Source of the DNA: Octopus sinensis
Taxonomy: Eukaryota
Direction of reading: 5' to 3'
NCBI RefSeq assembly: GCF_006345805.1
Contig: NC_042998.1
Coordinates: forward strand, 153,512,001-153,576,000
Length of the DNA stretch: 64,000 bases
The translations under genes were made by a program, and so were the position numbers. Positions within the stretch are counted from its first letter, which is position 1. The number at the start of each line of letters is the position of its first letter. Positions 1 through 12,280 of this stretch are shown here, piece after piece. The notes beneath the pieces were generated by a model. The model had not been told where the DNA came from. It saw only the letters and a program-made list of their open reading frames with translations, and did not search any database.

Positions 1-59
1 GTCTTTACCTCAATAAGTCCAAGACTGAATGTGTAAACAAGTGCCTGTCCAACAGTGAT

Positions 60-662
60 TTCATCATCCATACTCTCAACAATATGCTCTTAAATATGGT
101 TTCTGATTACAAATATCTTGGGTCATACATATCATCATCTGAAAATGATTTTCTAACTAGAAAGGGTATGGCCTGGTCAGCCTGTAATGATATGCATAAG
201 ATCTGGTCATCAAATTCAAACTTAAAATCTTCAAAGCCACAGTCGAACCAATTCTACTATACGGCTCAGAAACCTGGACGTTATCAAAGAAGTTTGAGAG
301 GCGGTTGGATGGAACTTACACTCGCCTCCTTATGAAAGCTCAAAATCTCTCATGGAAGTGTCATCCAACCAAAGTACAAATATATGGGAAACTACCACCT
401 GTATCATCTCTTGTGAAAAGTAGAAGAGTCCAGTTTGCTGGACATTGTTGTAGAGCTGAAAACAAGGTAATTTCTACTCTTCTCCTCTGGAATCCATCTG
501 CTTGCGATACCAGAGGGCGCACACTTTCCTACCCTGATGTAATCTCCAGGAATACAGGCATCCAGCAACAGGACCTCCGTAATGCTATGATGGACCGTGA
601 AGTCTGGCGTAACATAGTAAATTCCATTGTCTCGACCATGGTCAAACAATGATGATGATGAT
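60..662 (+). mobile_element. LINE (RTE-like) 3' fragment with (GAT)n tail
   Basis: RT C-terminal remnants YKYLGSYISSSENDF..RKGMAW and RRVQFAGHC; ends ...aaacaatgatgatgatgat. Confidence 0.8.
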
Positions 663-671
663 ATATATATA

Positions 672-960
672 TCAGTTGAATTCAGTTACAACACAGTTTG
701 GTGTTCCCATTTTTTATTATTGTATTTAAAAAAAATTTTTTTACAATGTTGAAGTGTGTTAAACATTAAAAAAATATTGACTAGTCAATACATTTTGAAA
801 TCTGATGATTACTACAAACATATGAAAGTGCTAATTTAACTTTATGAACATTACTAAATATTTTTTTAATGTTTAACACACTTCAACATTGTAAAAAAAA
901 TTTTTTAATGCAAATATAATAAATGTGAAACCAGGCCATGTTGTAACTTTGTTCAACTGA
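672..960. mobile_element. Foldback/MITE-like element
   Basis: Outer IR tcagttgaa/ttcaactga; inner ~50 bp near-perfect IR at 728-778 and 857-907. Confidence 0.6.
795..839 (+). ncRNA. Degenerate minimal hammerhead-like motif
   Basis: aaat CTGATGA ttactacaaacatat GAAA gtgc TA attt: stem I, core and stem III (AGTGCT) present; stem II does not pair well. Confidence 0.35.
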
Positions 961-1069
961 TGCATTATTCTATAAACATTTACACAAATTTGGAAAATAT
1001 ATATATATGTTGGACTCTCCCATCAGTTTTGTCCGACAACGTACTCTTTCTTTGTGAGCCATAATGCTT

Positions 1070-1780
1070 ATGTCAAATGTGACATTTAAGTTCCTCCAAT
1101 GATTTGCCAGGAATGTTGCAGATGTTGTAAGTATGAGAATTACAGATCAGTGCAAGTGGTATATTTGTAGCCACTTTTCTCCTTTGCCTTGCACCCCGAA
1201 ACCTGTTAATGCTGGTTGCAACAAAGTTTCTAATACCATTTTGACACAACAATCTCCATTTTGTTCATTCCAAGGCTGTTTACTCAACGGTGTTGTAAAC
1301 TATCTTCATTTCTAAGAGGTTACTCTTCAGCTTGTCCATATATCTGAATCATGATCGACCAACATTCCTGTGCCCACTCTCAAGCTGGATGTACATGAGG
1401 TATTTTTTCATCACTCATTCTGAAGATATGGCCAATTCTGTGATTGCATATGGAAGCTCTCAATTCCACTAATCTTACATTTGCTAAACAAGTCAACATT
1501 AGAAACTCTGTCTTTTAGTGAATAACCGCAGATTATCCTCAGACAGCCTTTGTGGAAGATGTCTCGTTGGTTAATGTGTCTTCTATATGGTATCCACGAT
1601 TCTGAGCCATACAAGAGAGTAGTAAAAATGGCAGTTTTATAGACCTGTACTTTAGTGTCAAGTTCGATGCCCCTTTCATTCCATAGGTGATGATGGAGTT
1701 TGCCAAATGCATTGGTTGCCTTTGCAAGATGATTGATGATTTCATCATCAAGGGAAGTGCTGTTCTGTTGGTTCTTCATT
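1070..1780 (-). mobile_element. RTE/BovB-like LINE RT 3' fragment
   Basis: KATNAFGKL...LWNERGI.LDTKVQVYKTAI.TTLLYGSESW motif in ORF 1411..1779. Confidence 0.8.
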
Positions 1781-2109
1781 TGTCTTAATATTTTACATAT
1801 TTTTCATATATATTTTACATATATTTCGTGAAGTTTTTCTGTGTTTACATTCGTTGCAATGAATGCCTTTCAGTTTAAACCCAGGTCAGGCCAGAATGAG
1901 CAATTCTGTATTTTTACTGAAAATGTAAGACAACATTATTTAATGTGTCCTTCATTTTAAAAATGTTAGCATAATGTGAGGGAGATTTGGCTGTTATTTC
2001 TAGCAAATTGAACAACCACACAGAGTACCTCATTGGCTGATGTGTATAAGTAAACAAAAACTAAAGGAAATGGCTCTTCATCTGTTTCTAGGATGATCAT
2101 TCCAGTTGT

Positions 2110-2255
2110 ATGATCAATTGAACTGGTTACACATTCAACTGGTACTTATTTTATCAACCTGCAAAGGATGAATGGCTAAGTCAACCTAGGTGGAATTTGA
2201 ACTCAGAATGTAAAGCATTTTGCCCAGTGTGCTAATGATTCTGTCAGCTTGTAGT
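2110..2255 (-). mobile_element. tRNA-derived SINE fragment
   Basis: ggtacttattttatcaacctgcaaaggatgaatggctaagtcaacctaggtggaatttgaactc resembles a mollusc SINE core plus reverse B-box as recalled; not searched. Confidence 0.5.
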
Positions 2256-3779
2256 CTTATGGTTACACATTATATTAATATATAACTGACCGCGTATACC
2301 ATGGCACATGTACCCACAATATAATCCACAAGTAGATACATTACAACCCAGTGTGACATGGCTAGGCCTTTTAATTACAGGTCCAGGATCTAATTATAAT
2401 GTTATTTGGCTGAGTATTCCATAAATTTATGTGGCCTTAATGTAATTCTGGGACAGAATCAGTGTGACACATGATGGACATAGCCAGAGTTTCAATTGAA
2501 TGTTTCTCAACTATTGAGAAAAATACATTATTTGCTGAATAAATTGTGGAAAATCACGACAAAATTAAACTAAATATCAGATGAATAATTCTATTGACAG
2601 GGAGCAGTGGGTTGCTGTGGGTCACAGGTTTCTTCATTTCTCCTTATTGGTTACATATCTGGTGTGAGACTAGGTTGGCTCTTTAAATTAGTTGTACTTC
2701 ATTTGGCAGGGTTCCACACAGTTTCTATTTAACCAGTTTTACTCCCAATGCTTTGGCCACCTGACAGATTTACTACTACATCACTCACAGACGTGCGCCA
2801 TCCTCTGATGCCCTGACATTATGTGATCCTCTCTTTGCCATTTCTACTGCTACTATATGTTGGACTCTCCCATCAGTTTTGTCCGACAACGTACTCTTTC
2901 TTGCAGCTAGTTGAGCTCACCTCACCTCCTCTCAAATGTTCCCATCTCACTTGCTTCTTCTCTTCTCATCATCCCTCTAATGTCCACCCCACCCCCACCT
3001 ACAAGGCCTCATATTTATCACTATGCTCAGTCTTTCCTCCCCAAAATGGTTTCCCTCAGGAAATCCCTCCCTGCTCATATCTTTCCCACAGTGTTGATTT
3101 ACAAAGGTTCACAAGGAACATCTATGGTATTAATCATTAACCTCACTCATCTACATGGTTCGTGAAGGGCATAGGCACTATCCCTTTTTTCAGACCCAAC
3201 ATGGGTAGAAGATAAAACAAAAAAAAATCAAACCAAAACTAGGCTAAAAGATTCTCGCTCAAGGTGTGATGGAGTTGGATTGAACTCAACACTAACATTA
3301 TTATGTGAACTTATTAGTCATCTGGTCATGTACCCCTCCTCCACTCCTGCCTGAGGTACATGTGGTGGGCAAATAATGTAATTGGTAGGTTTGGGTCCAG
3401 CTAAGGTAGAAATGATAAAGCTTGTGGAGCTGAAGTTGGCAGAATGAATCAGAATAGTTATTTGTGAAATGATATGGAAGGAAAAAATGGACAGAGAATT
3501 GAGGAGTGGGAAGTGAAAGACAGAAAGTTTAAGGAAATTTTCCATTATATGAAGCAAAAAAAGATTAAAAACAAATTTAAGGAAACCTGCTCACCTCACT
3601 TTTCTTTTTCCATCAGGTATGGAACTTTAAAGGACTGTTGTTCCCAAAATTCTGTTCAGAATGGAGTGCCAGACTAAATGCTTTGTTCTATTCAGTTATG
3701 TTCTTCTGTATTCTGAGTTCAAATCCCATGATATCCAACAGATATCAATAAAATAAATAACACTCTTTTTGATTATCTT

Positions 3780-4860
3780 CATTCTTCTGTTGGAAAAGAG
3801 GATTATCACATACACTCTTCTTCCCTTTGTTTTTGTACTAGTGCATTATCAATGCATCTTTGAACTGTTGGGGAACAAATTCAGTTTCCCAGATCAAACA
3901 GGTCAATTTGCATAGTTTACTTACAAGTTGTCTGCAATATGCTTGTACACCTCTTTGGGAATATCATATTGTTCAAGAGCTTTACCATTGAAATATTTTT
4001 TGATAGTAGTACTTATCTCTTCCAAAGAAGGATGTTCCACTAGTTCTTCAATTATAGATCACTGGGAATTTTGTTGATTATATCAGCATTGATAGTGGAT
4101 TCTGGACTTGGTACAGATTTAAAGTGTTCAGCTCATCTTTTCAGAATTTCATCTTTCTTGCTTAAGAGTTTTGTTCCATCATTAAAGAGAATACATTCTA
4201 TACTACCTTTTTTGGCCCAAACACATTTTTCAGAATAGCCTATTCCAATTCTTGGGCTTTTTTGTCCACCAAATGTTTCATCACATGCAATTTTCTGCAT
4301 AGTTTTTTAGAGGTGATGTATAGGAATCTGGATGTTGGCGAGTTTTTGTCTGAGATCCATGTCTTGTGTCTCTTGTGCAAAGTTTCTAGGAGAGGTTTAA
4401 TTTGAGAATTGTTCTTGGTGTTTGTGTTTCACAAATCCTACAACTACTTCAGCAGATGATTTGATGCTGTCACAACACTTCATGTGTTCCTCTATTGCTG
4501 CAAGTTTTGAATTTAAATGCATTTCAAAATTTTTTGTCATTTCTGAGTTTTTTTAAGAAGCAACATTTATTCTCAGATATGAACTGGATTTCAGTGGCCT
4601 CTTTTCATATGGTTTAACAAATACCTTGCTGTGAACCATTCTGTGATCCAAGTAACACTTGGAAGATTTGTGAGTTCTGGTGAATCTGTAATCATTGCAA
4701 CCCTTGTTCTTAGTTATAACATAGTCCAGCATGTACCAGTGACCAGGTCAGGGATGCTTCCAAGTGTTTTTGTATTCAGCTACCTCCCTAAACACTGTAT
4801 TTGGTGTAGTTCCGGTCCCATTCATCTAGAGGTCATGTGCATGTAGAGAAGAAGCCTCAC
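3780..4860 (-). mobile_element. RTE/BovB-like LINE endonuclease-RT fragment (degenerate)
   Basis: Minus-strand remnants such as WAEHFKSV...PESTINADIINKIP and VPQQFKDALI, with many stops. Confidence 0.65.
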
Positions 4861-4861
4861 C

Positions 4862-6560
4862 AGCCAGCAGAAGTCAAATGCCACTCAAGGAGTAGATTGT
4901 TGGTTGATACCAGTTTCTTGGGAAATCAATTAAAGGCAGAAAGGAGAGAGTGGTGGAATTATCAAGCGAGGTGACACTACTGTGGAGAGATAAACTGAAT
5001 TTTCCAATCATTTCCAAGCTCGAAAATGTGCTTCATTAGTATGACATGCACCAAGGAAAGAAAATTCGAGCCATTTAAAGAACTGTTCAATAGCACCAAA
5101 GTCCACAGTGAATGACTCAATGCTGACAACAAAATACTCTACCCCATCCAATTCCAAAGCAAGGTCAAAGTGGGTTTGACAAGCAAAGCTGCAAGCAAGC
5201 ACACTATCCATCCTTTCAAGAGAAGATGCTCTGATGCTGAAACCTCCCATTCTTTATCAAACTCAACAGCCCTGGATACTGATAGTGATTCTGAAGAAGA
5301 TTCATGAGTACAACTATGGTGAAAATGACAGAGTTGATCAAAATGATAGTGATAGTGATGACACTTATTTTTCCACAAGAAGGCACAACAAATCTGCAAT
5401 TGGTATGAGATTTGTAACTGGAACAAACGTCTCTACAAACAAAGCTGTGAAAATCTGCAAACAATTATCAGAGGAGGGCTGAGACATCCCAGCTCCTAGT
5501 CAGCAAGGTATTTACAATGCACTGTTCAAGAAAGCTGGTGAAATGAAGAAAAACTTGATCGATATGCTATGCAATCAGAAATGGAGCTTGCGTTTCGATG
5601 GTAAACATTGACAGAAATGAATATCAAGTGGTTGTCATCAAGAATGAAACAAGTGAAATCAAGCTGGCTGCTCTGAAGCTGTGACGGCAAGGCTGAGATC
5701 ATTGCAGAAGGTTTGAAAAGCATCTTGGATGAATTTCACTTGTGGGGGTGCAATCTCAATGATTATTGCTGATATGATGTGTGTGAATACAAGAAGAAAG
5801 AGTGGGGTAGTGGTTAGACTACAGAGAATGTTCTTGAGCAAAACCTATGACAAGCCACAATATGTGAGCTGTCAACACTATGTCTTTGACAGAATCCTGC
5901 ACATTGTTATGGATGAGGAGCTAGCAGGCGCAAGCAATTCACACAACATCAAATATTTTCTTGTCAAAGAACTCATGATAAGTTATGAAGCACCCCAAGG
6001 TTCCTTCCAGAATGGAACTCATCATTGAAGACCAAGCTAGTTGGAGAGAAGATCTGAAGTTTCTGTTCTGCTTAACCCATGCCTTCAGATTCTTCCACAA
6101 AAAGGGAGACATACTTTACATCAAGTTTCAGAAAATTCCAAATATCAGTAATGCCAGATGGAATTCACAAGCAATCTTAGCCCTTCTTGCACTTTTCCTC
6201 ATGCCACATATGAGAGATTGCAAATGGTCTGCCACTTTTCCTCATGCCACATATGAGAGATTGCAAATGGTCTGCCAGTTCATCTCATATGACTGGGCAG
6301 ATCACTGATTCAATGACCAAATGTATAGAGCTGAATATTATGCAGAGCTATCGCAAGCCTTACTAACATACAAGACTCCTTTGAAATGCTTGACAAATCA
6401 TTGGAAAGAAGAGCCCTCAAAACTAAACATCAGCAGAAGCAATCAATGTTATGAGCAAGAAATTAAGGTCATACATGAACTACATGTCACATACAAGAGC
6501 AAAGCCAACTTACCATTGTGTTTCATTCTCTTTATTAGACTTTCCGCAACTTTCTATTGA
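4862..6560 (+). mobile_element. Degenerate CxxH-type DDE transposase (hAT-like/unclassified)
   Basis: Fragments DGKAEIIA, MIIADMMCVNTRRKSGVVVRLQ, PQYVSCQHYVFDRIL, ISNARWNSQAILALLA, CYEQEIKVIHEL; frameshifted; TIRs not located. Confidence 0.6.
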
Positions 6561-7229
6561 CTAATTTGACTTTATATGACTTAACTTCTTTTTATTGTTC
6601 TGGAATGCAAAATACAGTTCTTTTAACAGTTATGGATTAAACGTTTTGGATCTTTGCCCCTTTTTTGTTTATCATTTTATCAGGGTTCTAGTTTTTGGGA
6701 ATCCCCCCAAATGCAACCAAGTATAAAAATTTCAAAGTTAGTCATGGGTGAACTTTTTTGATCGGACAATTCAACAGAATATGATTTAGGACTATGGAGT
6801 TACAAAAAAGTTTCATCTGTAGTGCACACAGCACAGTGAGATTCCGTGACCTGGTTTTGGGTAGGTGTTCTGCTTGATATGCACAGGTCTTTTTAAGCAT
6901 GGCAGAGCACCAACCCTCCCGATCCATTGTCAAGTCCTCTGTAAGGTCAGCTTTCACAACCTCATTCCATACTACTTGGCAAAGATCTCTAATAACATTT
7001 ACTAAAATATTTGAAGATGATGTAGTACTACTATTTAGTTCATCATCTTTATGAAACAAACAATTAGTATTGCATCATCTTTGAAGAATGCAATTGAAAG
7101 GACACAAGAACTCCATCCTACAATGGTTTACATCAACAGCTTGAACCTTCTCATTTTGCAAGTAGAACTTGTGATTCAGCTCTTTCATCATTTCTATTGT
7201 TCATGAAGCCAAATCTGGAAATAATCCAA

Positions 7230-9690
7230 ATATAGACAAATGTCAAAGGAACTCAGATCTATAAAGATAAGTGGATAGAAATAGATTCTGCTGAATTTAG
7301 AGAGTTTATTAGATTGATTACACTGGTCAACAAAATTCGAACATTTTGCTGTCCCATGAACTAAAGAAAGTGAACTTTATCATACTTTTAATGCAGATTA
7401 CAAATCTGTTTTTAGAATTTTTCTATTGGGCATGGTTTTTGTGTGACAGAGTAATTAAATTATCCAATAAATGTACTATATTAATACAGAAATAAGGCTG
7501 ACAATTATGATTGGTTAGCAGAATTAATGAAAAACTCTGGTCCCACAAACAAAAGTAGGTTAACTTAATAGCATTTTATCTGTAGAATTCAAGTACGTTT
7601 TCAAATTTTTAAGTCATAGCGTTTCTGTGATAGCATATGTAAATTGTTAAACAATTGTATTTCATGAATTCAAAAATCAGGCCGATAATACAAGGAAACT
7701 TACTTTAAAATGTAGAGTATGATTTTCAGCTGTATTTAGTTTCTGGAACATCCCTTTTTAATGACCAAAAATAATCAGCCAACATAGAAGAGCTCCACTT
7801 CCCTTGGTACTGAGTTTCCATGTTCAGAACGTCCTGCTAAAACCTTTCACTGTGCTCATCACTGACAGCCCCAAAATTTGCTGGGAAAAAGTCCATGTGA
7901 GAATTCAGAAGTAGATTTTAGGCTCATATTGCATCCTATGGCATTGTATGATATCAGTAGCTCTTTCATAAAGTCAGAATAGTTCTCTGCTTTATGATTC
8001 CCCCAAAACTCTCTGCATATTTTCTTATATGATAGTCATGCAGCTTTTTCAACATTACTGAGCTCTTCATCAAACTTTTGGTCTCTTACCAGCTCCCTAA
8101 TCTGTGGTCCAACAAAAATACCCTCCTTGATTTTTGCTTCTCTTATTCTTGAAAATTTATTTCCCAAATACATGAATCCCTTGCCAGTTCTATTCATAAC
8201 TTTGATGAAATTCTTCATCAACCCTTGCTTAATATGCAAAGGAGGCAGATAAATTTTCTTAGAATCAACAAGGGATGAATTGACGACATTCTTTTGTCCA
8301 GGAGTCAGAAATCGTTTTCAGCCACACATTCTTTTCATAATGATTTTTCTTATCCCAACTGTCCCACTTGCAGAGAAAGCAAGAAACTTGGTGTAACCCA
8401 GCTGCATTCCAAGTAAAAGTGCCATAATCTTTAGGTTACCACAAATATTCCACTTTTGTTCCTCATACTTAATTTTTTGCAACAGAAGCTTCATACTCTC
8501 ATATGTTTCCTTCATGTTAGCTGCATGGGCCAGAGGAACAGAAGGAAACTTATTTCCATTGTAGAGTAAAACTGCTTTCAAGCTTACTTTTGAGGAGTTA
8601 ATAAACAAACGCTATTCAGTCATGCTATATTTGTGGTTAAGTTCCTCCATAACAGAATATACATCATTACAAAACATCACACCATCCTCGAGTGAGAAAA
8701 AAATTTGAAAAATCGCAATGCTGAGCAAGATAAAAACTTTGTTCTCTTTCCAGCCCTTTAACCTGGAACCAAGAAGTTCAGTTTGCTTTTTCGACAAGTT
8801 TAAATCGTTCAGATCTCCCTGACTCAACAAATGTGGTTCACTTGAAGAACAGTTAGTCTCAAAGTCCATGTCTTCTGTTTCTTTCTCCACATCTTCATCA
8901 CTTGATGTCGTCACCAAGTGTCAGGTCAGGTACAGATAGGTGTTGACTGTAAAGTACTGGTCTCAAATAGATTGTAAATTAGGATATTTTACAGTATACT
9001 CGGATTTTTTTGATGTTATACCTTGTATATTCATCAAGCAGGAGTAGCAATCTGACTCTCTCCAAATCATAGGGATGGCAAAAGGCATATGGCGTGAACT
9101 TTTGGCTCATGCAGTGAGAAACCTGACAAGTTACAACACATATAAGAGACCTAGCTTTTATCCTGGTCACCCATTTTGCAATCAAAATAATGCTTATAGC
9201 ACGTTTTAATTGCGTGAATCGCCATCTTTTTGACTTGAATGTTAAGTCACCACAAATATAGCAAATGTTGTTTGTGATGTTTACTCATTACGAATGTAAA
9301 TGGAATATGTGAACTTAGTACAGAACTACATGCCTACACTTTAAGCACAGTACTGATAAAGCATTGGTGATTCATCGACTTGGTGTTGTCAGGCTTCGGT
9401 GACTCATTGATTCAGATAGCTAGATTAATGATTTCATTAGATTAATTCTATTCATAGACATTTAAATTAGGAGTACTTCTTAAACCATTAGCATCACATT
9501 TCAACAGCTTAACTGAAATTTAGCCCATGTTCGTGGAATAGAGAAACTGTGGGTAATTTGACATTATTTTTGAAGTCTGCATGCAAAAACATAAGATACA
9601 GGCATTCTTTTTCTTGGGACAAATCCTTTGTTGACCAGTGTTATTCTTATCGTAGTTTACAAATCCAAGCATGAAAAATACTCACCTTTG
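7230..9690 (+). mobile_element. piggyBac-like transposase remnant split by the Chapaev insertion (7230-7320 and 9641-9690)
   Basis: Rejoined empty site reads KWIEIDSAEFREFIRLIILIVVYKSKHE, resembling the piggyBac/PGBD motif E..AFIGLLILAGVYKS.NE. Confidence 0.55.
7321..9640 (-). mobile_element. Chapaev3-type (CMC) DNA transposon, full-length, inactivated
   Basis: TIRs cactggtcaacaaa / tttgttgaccagtg with TTA on both flanks. Minus-strand transposase remnants ICYICG, MGDQDK, FINSSKVSLKAVLLYNGN, ICGNLK, LHIKQGLMKNFIK, KEGIFVGPQIREL. Confidence 0.88.
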
Positions 9691-11464
9691 GAGTTTTGAA
9701 GACAGACACCCCTTTTTCACACACACACATATAAATGCATAAATGTACATATAACTTTATATATGAATACATATATGCACATAAGTGCACAATAGGTATA
9801 CATAGTACTAAAATATGCATAAAGTAAACACATGCAGACAAATATATTAATATAACAAATTAAAAAAATAATAACATACAGAACATTAAAGAAATCAATG
9901 AAGAGACAAAAGAAACAGTAAGATGATACATGTTACCTTTATAAGGTAACAGGTCATTTCACAGACGCTAAACTATAAATTTCACAGGGTACAACCTTAA
10001 AGTTGGCACAACTAAATTGACGCTATTACAATGCAGAAAATTTCTGTCTCACTATTGACTAAAAATACATTTTTCTTTATTTTTAAGCCTCTGTAACTTT
10101 TTCCTCAAATTTTTTCTCCACAAGATCATGACTCCACAGTAATGAGAGTGGAAAACTACATCAATATAACCGATTTTCAGATTTTTTACTTCCTTTCAAA
10201 AAATACAGATTCTGTGAATCAATTTAACTAAATCCTCACACTGTACTATCATACGCATACATGCCTAAGATATCTTTTGCAGACTGGTGTGGTCATCTCT
10301 GAAAAATTAAAAACATGCAGTTTTCTCTTTAATTTATTACCTAGAGAACTATATCTTCAAGCTTCCTCACATTTCTCTATCCCTCTTCTTCTCTCCCTCT
10401 CTATTTTTCCAAGCTTGCCCTTTTTTCTTCGCTAGATTAATTCTTTTCTAACATAGCAATGTATTATTATCTGCCTAAGATATTTTTTGCAGACTAGTGT
10501 GGTCATCTCTGAACAAAGAAACATAAGTATTATTTGATCCTTTCACCTGCACAATTTTCATTAAGAAAAAAAAAAACTCAGATTTTTTGCATGGAATCAA
10601 GTACCCATATTTTTGTTCGGAAAAAAATGGGGTGGAAAACCGGAGCCCCACCACCACCATATCCCAGAGTCATTGGAAATTTTTTTTTTCATTGAATGAA
10701 TTCTGGTGACCTCCTAATGTGCTACAAAACTCTTTTTTGGGTCTGGAAAACAGGGTGGGTGGAGTGGAAACCTTGGAAATTTCATTTCCACTCCCATTTT
10801 CAAATACTTTTTGCTATTTCTTTCTTTACCAATAATTTTAGATAATATTTTGTAAAAATACATTTTCAAGGGAGTGTGGATTACATTAGATTAAGTCGTT
10901 AGAGTTTTTGCATGTGGGTGTGAAATGAAGTAAATGCATATTATGACAAAATATCTTTTTCCTACCTCTTAAAATCACTAGATATAATATCTCTTATGAT
11001 AAAAGGCAGATTTTCTCTGCCTCTCACTCTTCAATTGGAATTTACCTATGATTTTTCGAAGTAGATTCGATTGGGTCATGGCATATAAAGTTTTTTCAAT
11101 TTGACCCCCAATTAAGCAAAAATTCGAGAAAACTAAATATTTTACGATTTGCCTCTCTAATTTCAATTGCTTCACTCCTTCTATTACCACACTTTCTCCT
11201 ACTTTCTCTTTGCAAGTGTACCTTCAACCACTACTAAAAATAAATACACAGGAAACAGAAACAAATAAATACATAACAATTTACTCCTCACACAATTTCT
11301 TCAATTGGAATTTACCTATGATTTTTCAAAGTACATTCCATTCTATATTTTATAAATTAAAATTGGTTTTTAATTTACTTTCTGTCGCTAAGTTTTGGTA
11401 GTATTAATTTGCGAGCGTACTTCAGTTGTCAATTGTTGAAAGAAAGAAATTGTAAGCTAAGAAG

Positions 11465-11484
11465 GTGTGTGTGTGTGTGTGTGC

Positions 11485-11545
<61 letters not shown>
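11465..11545. repeat. (TG)n microsatellite
   Basis: About 40 near-perfect TG units. Other TA/CA-rich tracts at 21457-21567, 28985-29190, 35330-35470 and 37315-37480. Confidence 0.95.
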
Positions 11546-11547
<2 letters not shown>

Positions 11548-11654
11548 GTGAAGGATAAAAATATGGCAAGAAGTGGACAGATGTACATATATACATACAT
11601 ACATACATGTGTGTGCATGTGTGTGTATGTATGTGTATTAATGTGTGTGTGTTA

Positions 11655-12045
11655 TCTCTCTCTATATAAAGCTGAAGTTGTCTGTGTGCGCCAGGTTTGG
11701 TAGCCTTCAACTAACACTATCTCCTCCGAGACTCTGCGGCGCAAGTTGACCAAAATTGAGAGTATGATAGAAGAAGGGTTGCTCTTCCTTCCGTAGAAGA
11801 TAAAATTCAAATCGGACCATGTTAACACCAAAACTTATTTACATCAAAAAGGTGCTTTTTTCTATGAAAATCCCTATTTTTTACGATTTTTTCACTGCTG
11901 TGTCGCCACTTTTCAGTGTATTTCAACCAGAAAAATGTTCACTTGAAGAGAATAACAAGCTACATAATGCAAAATTTTTACTTTTCAAAAATTCCAATTC
12001 CAGCGGGTCGAAACAAATTCGAGCAACGCCGGGCGATGCTGCTAG
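11655..12045 (+). mobile_element. Non-autonomous Helitron
   Basis: A|TCtctctctatataaagctgaagttgtctgtgtg ... gcaacgccgggcgatgctgCTAG|T; no TSD. Confidence 0.75.
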
Positions 12046-12280
12046 TATATAATAATCCCAGTTTGCAGAATAGATTTGAAAAACTAAAGCATTTTCCCTT
12101 TGCAATTTTTGGTACTGAAATGAGTTTCATTTTTGTGGGGGAGGGAGAAAGAAAGAGAAAGAGGGGGGAGAGAGAGTGAGTGAGAGAAAGAGAGAGAGAA
12201 AGAGAGTGAGTGACTCACTCTCTCTCTCCCTCCCTCCCTCTCTGGCTGTGTTGTGTGCTCAGTGGTTAGACCTTAGAAGG

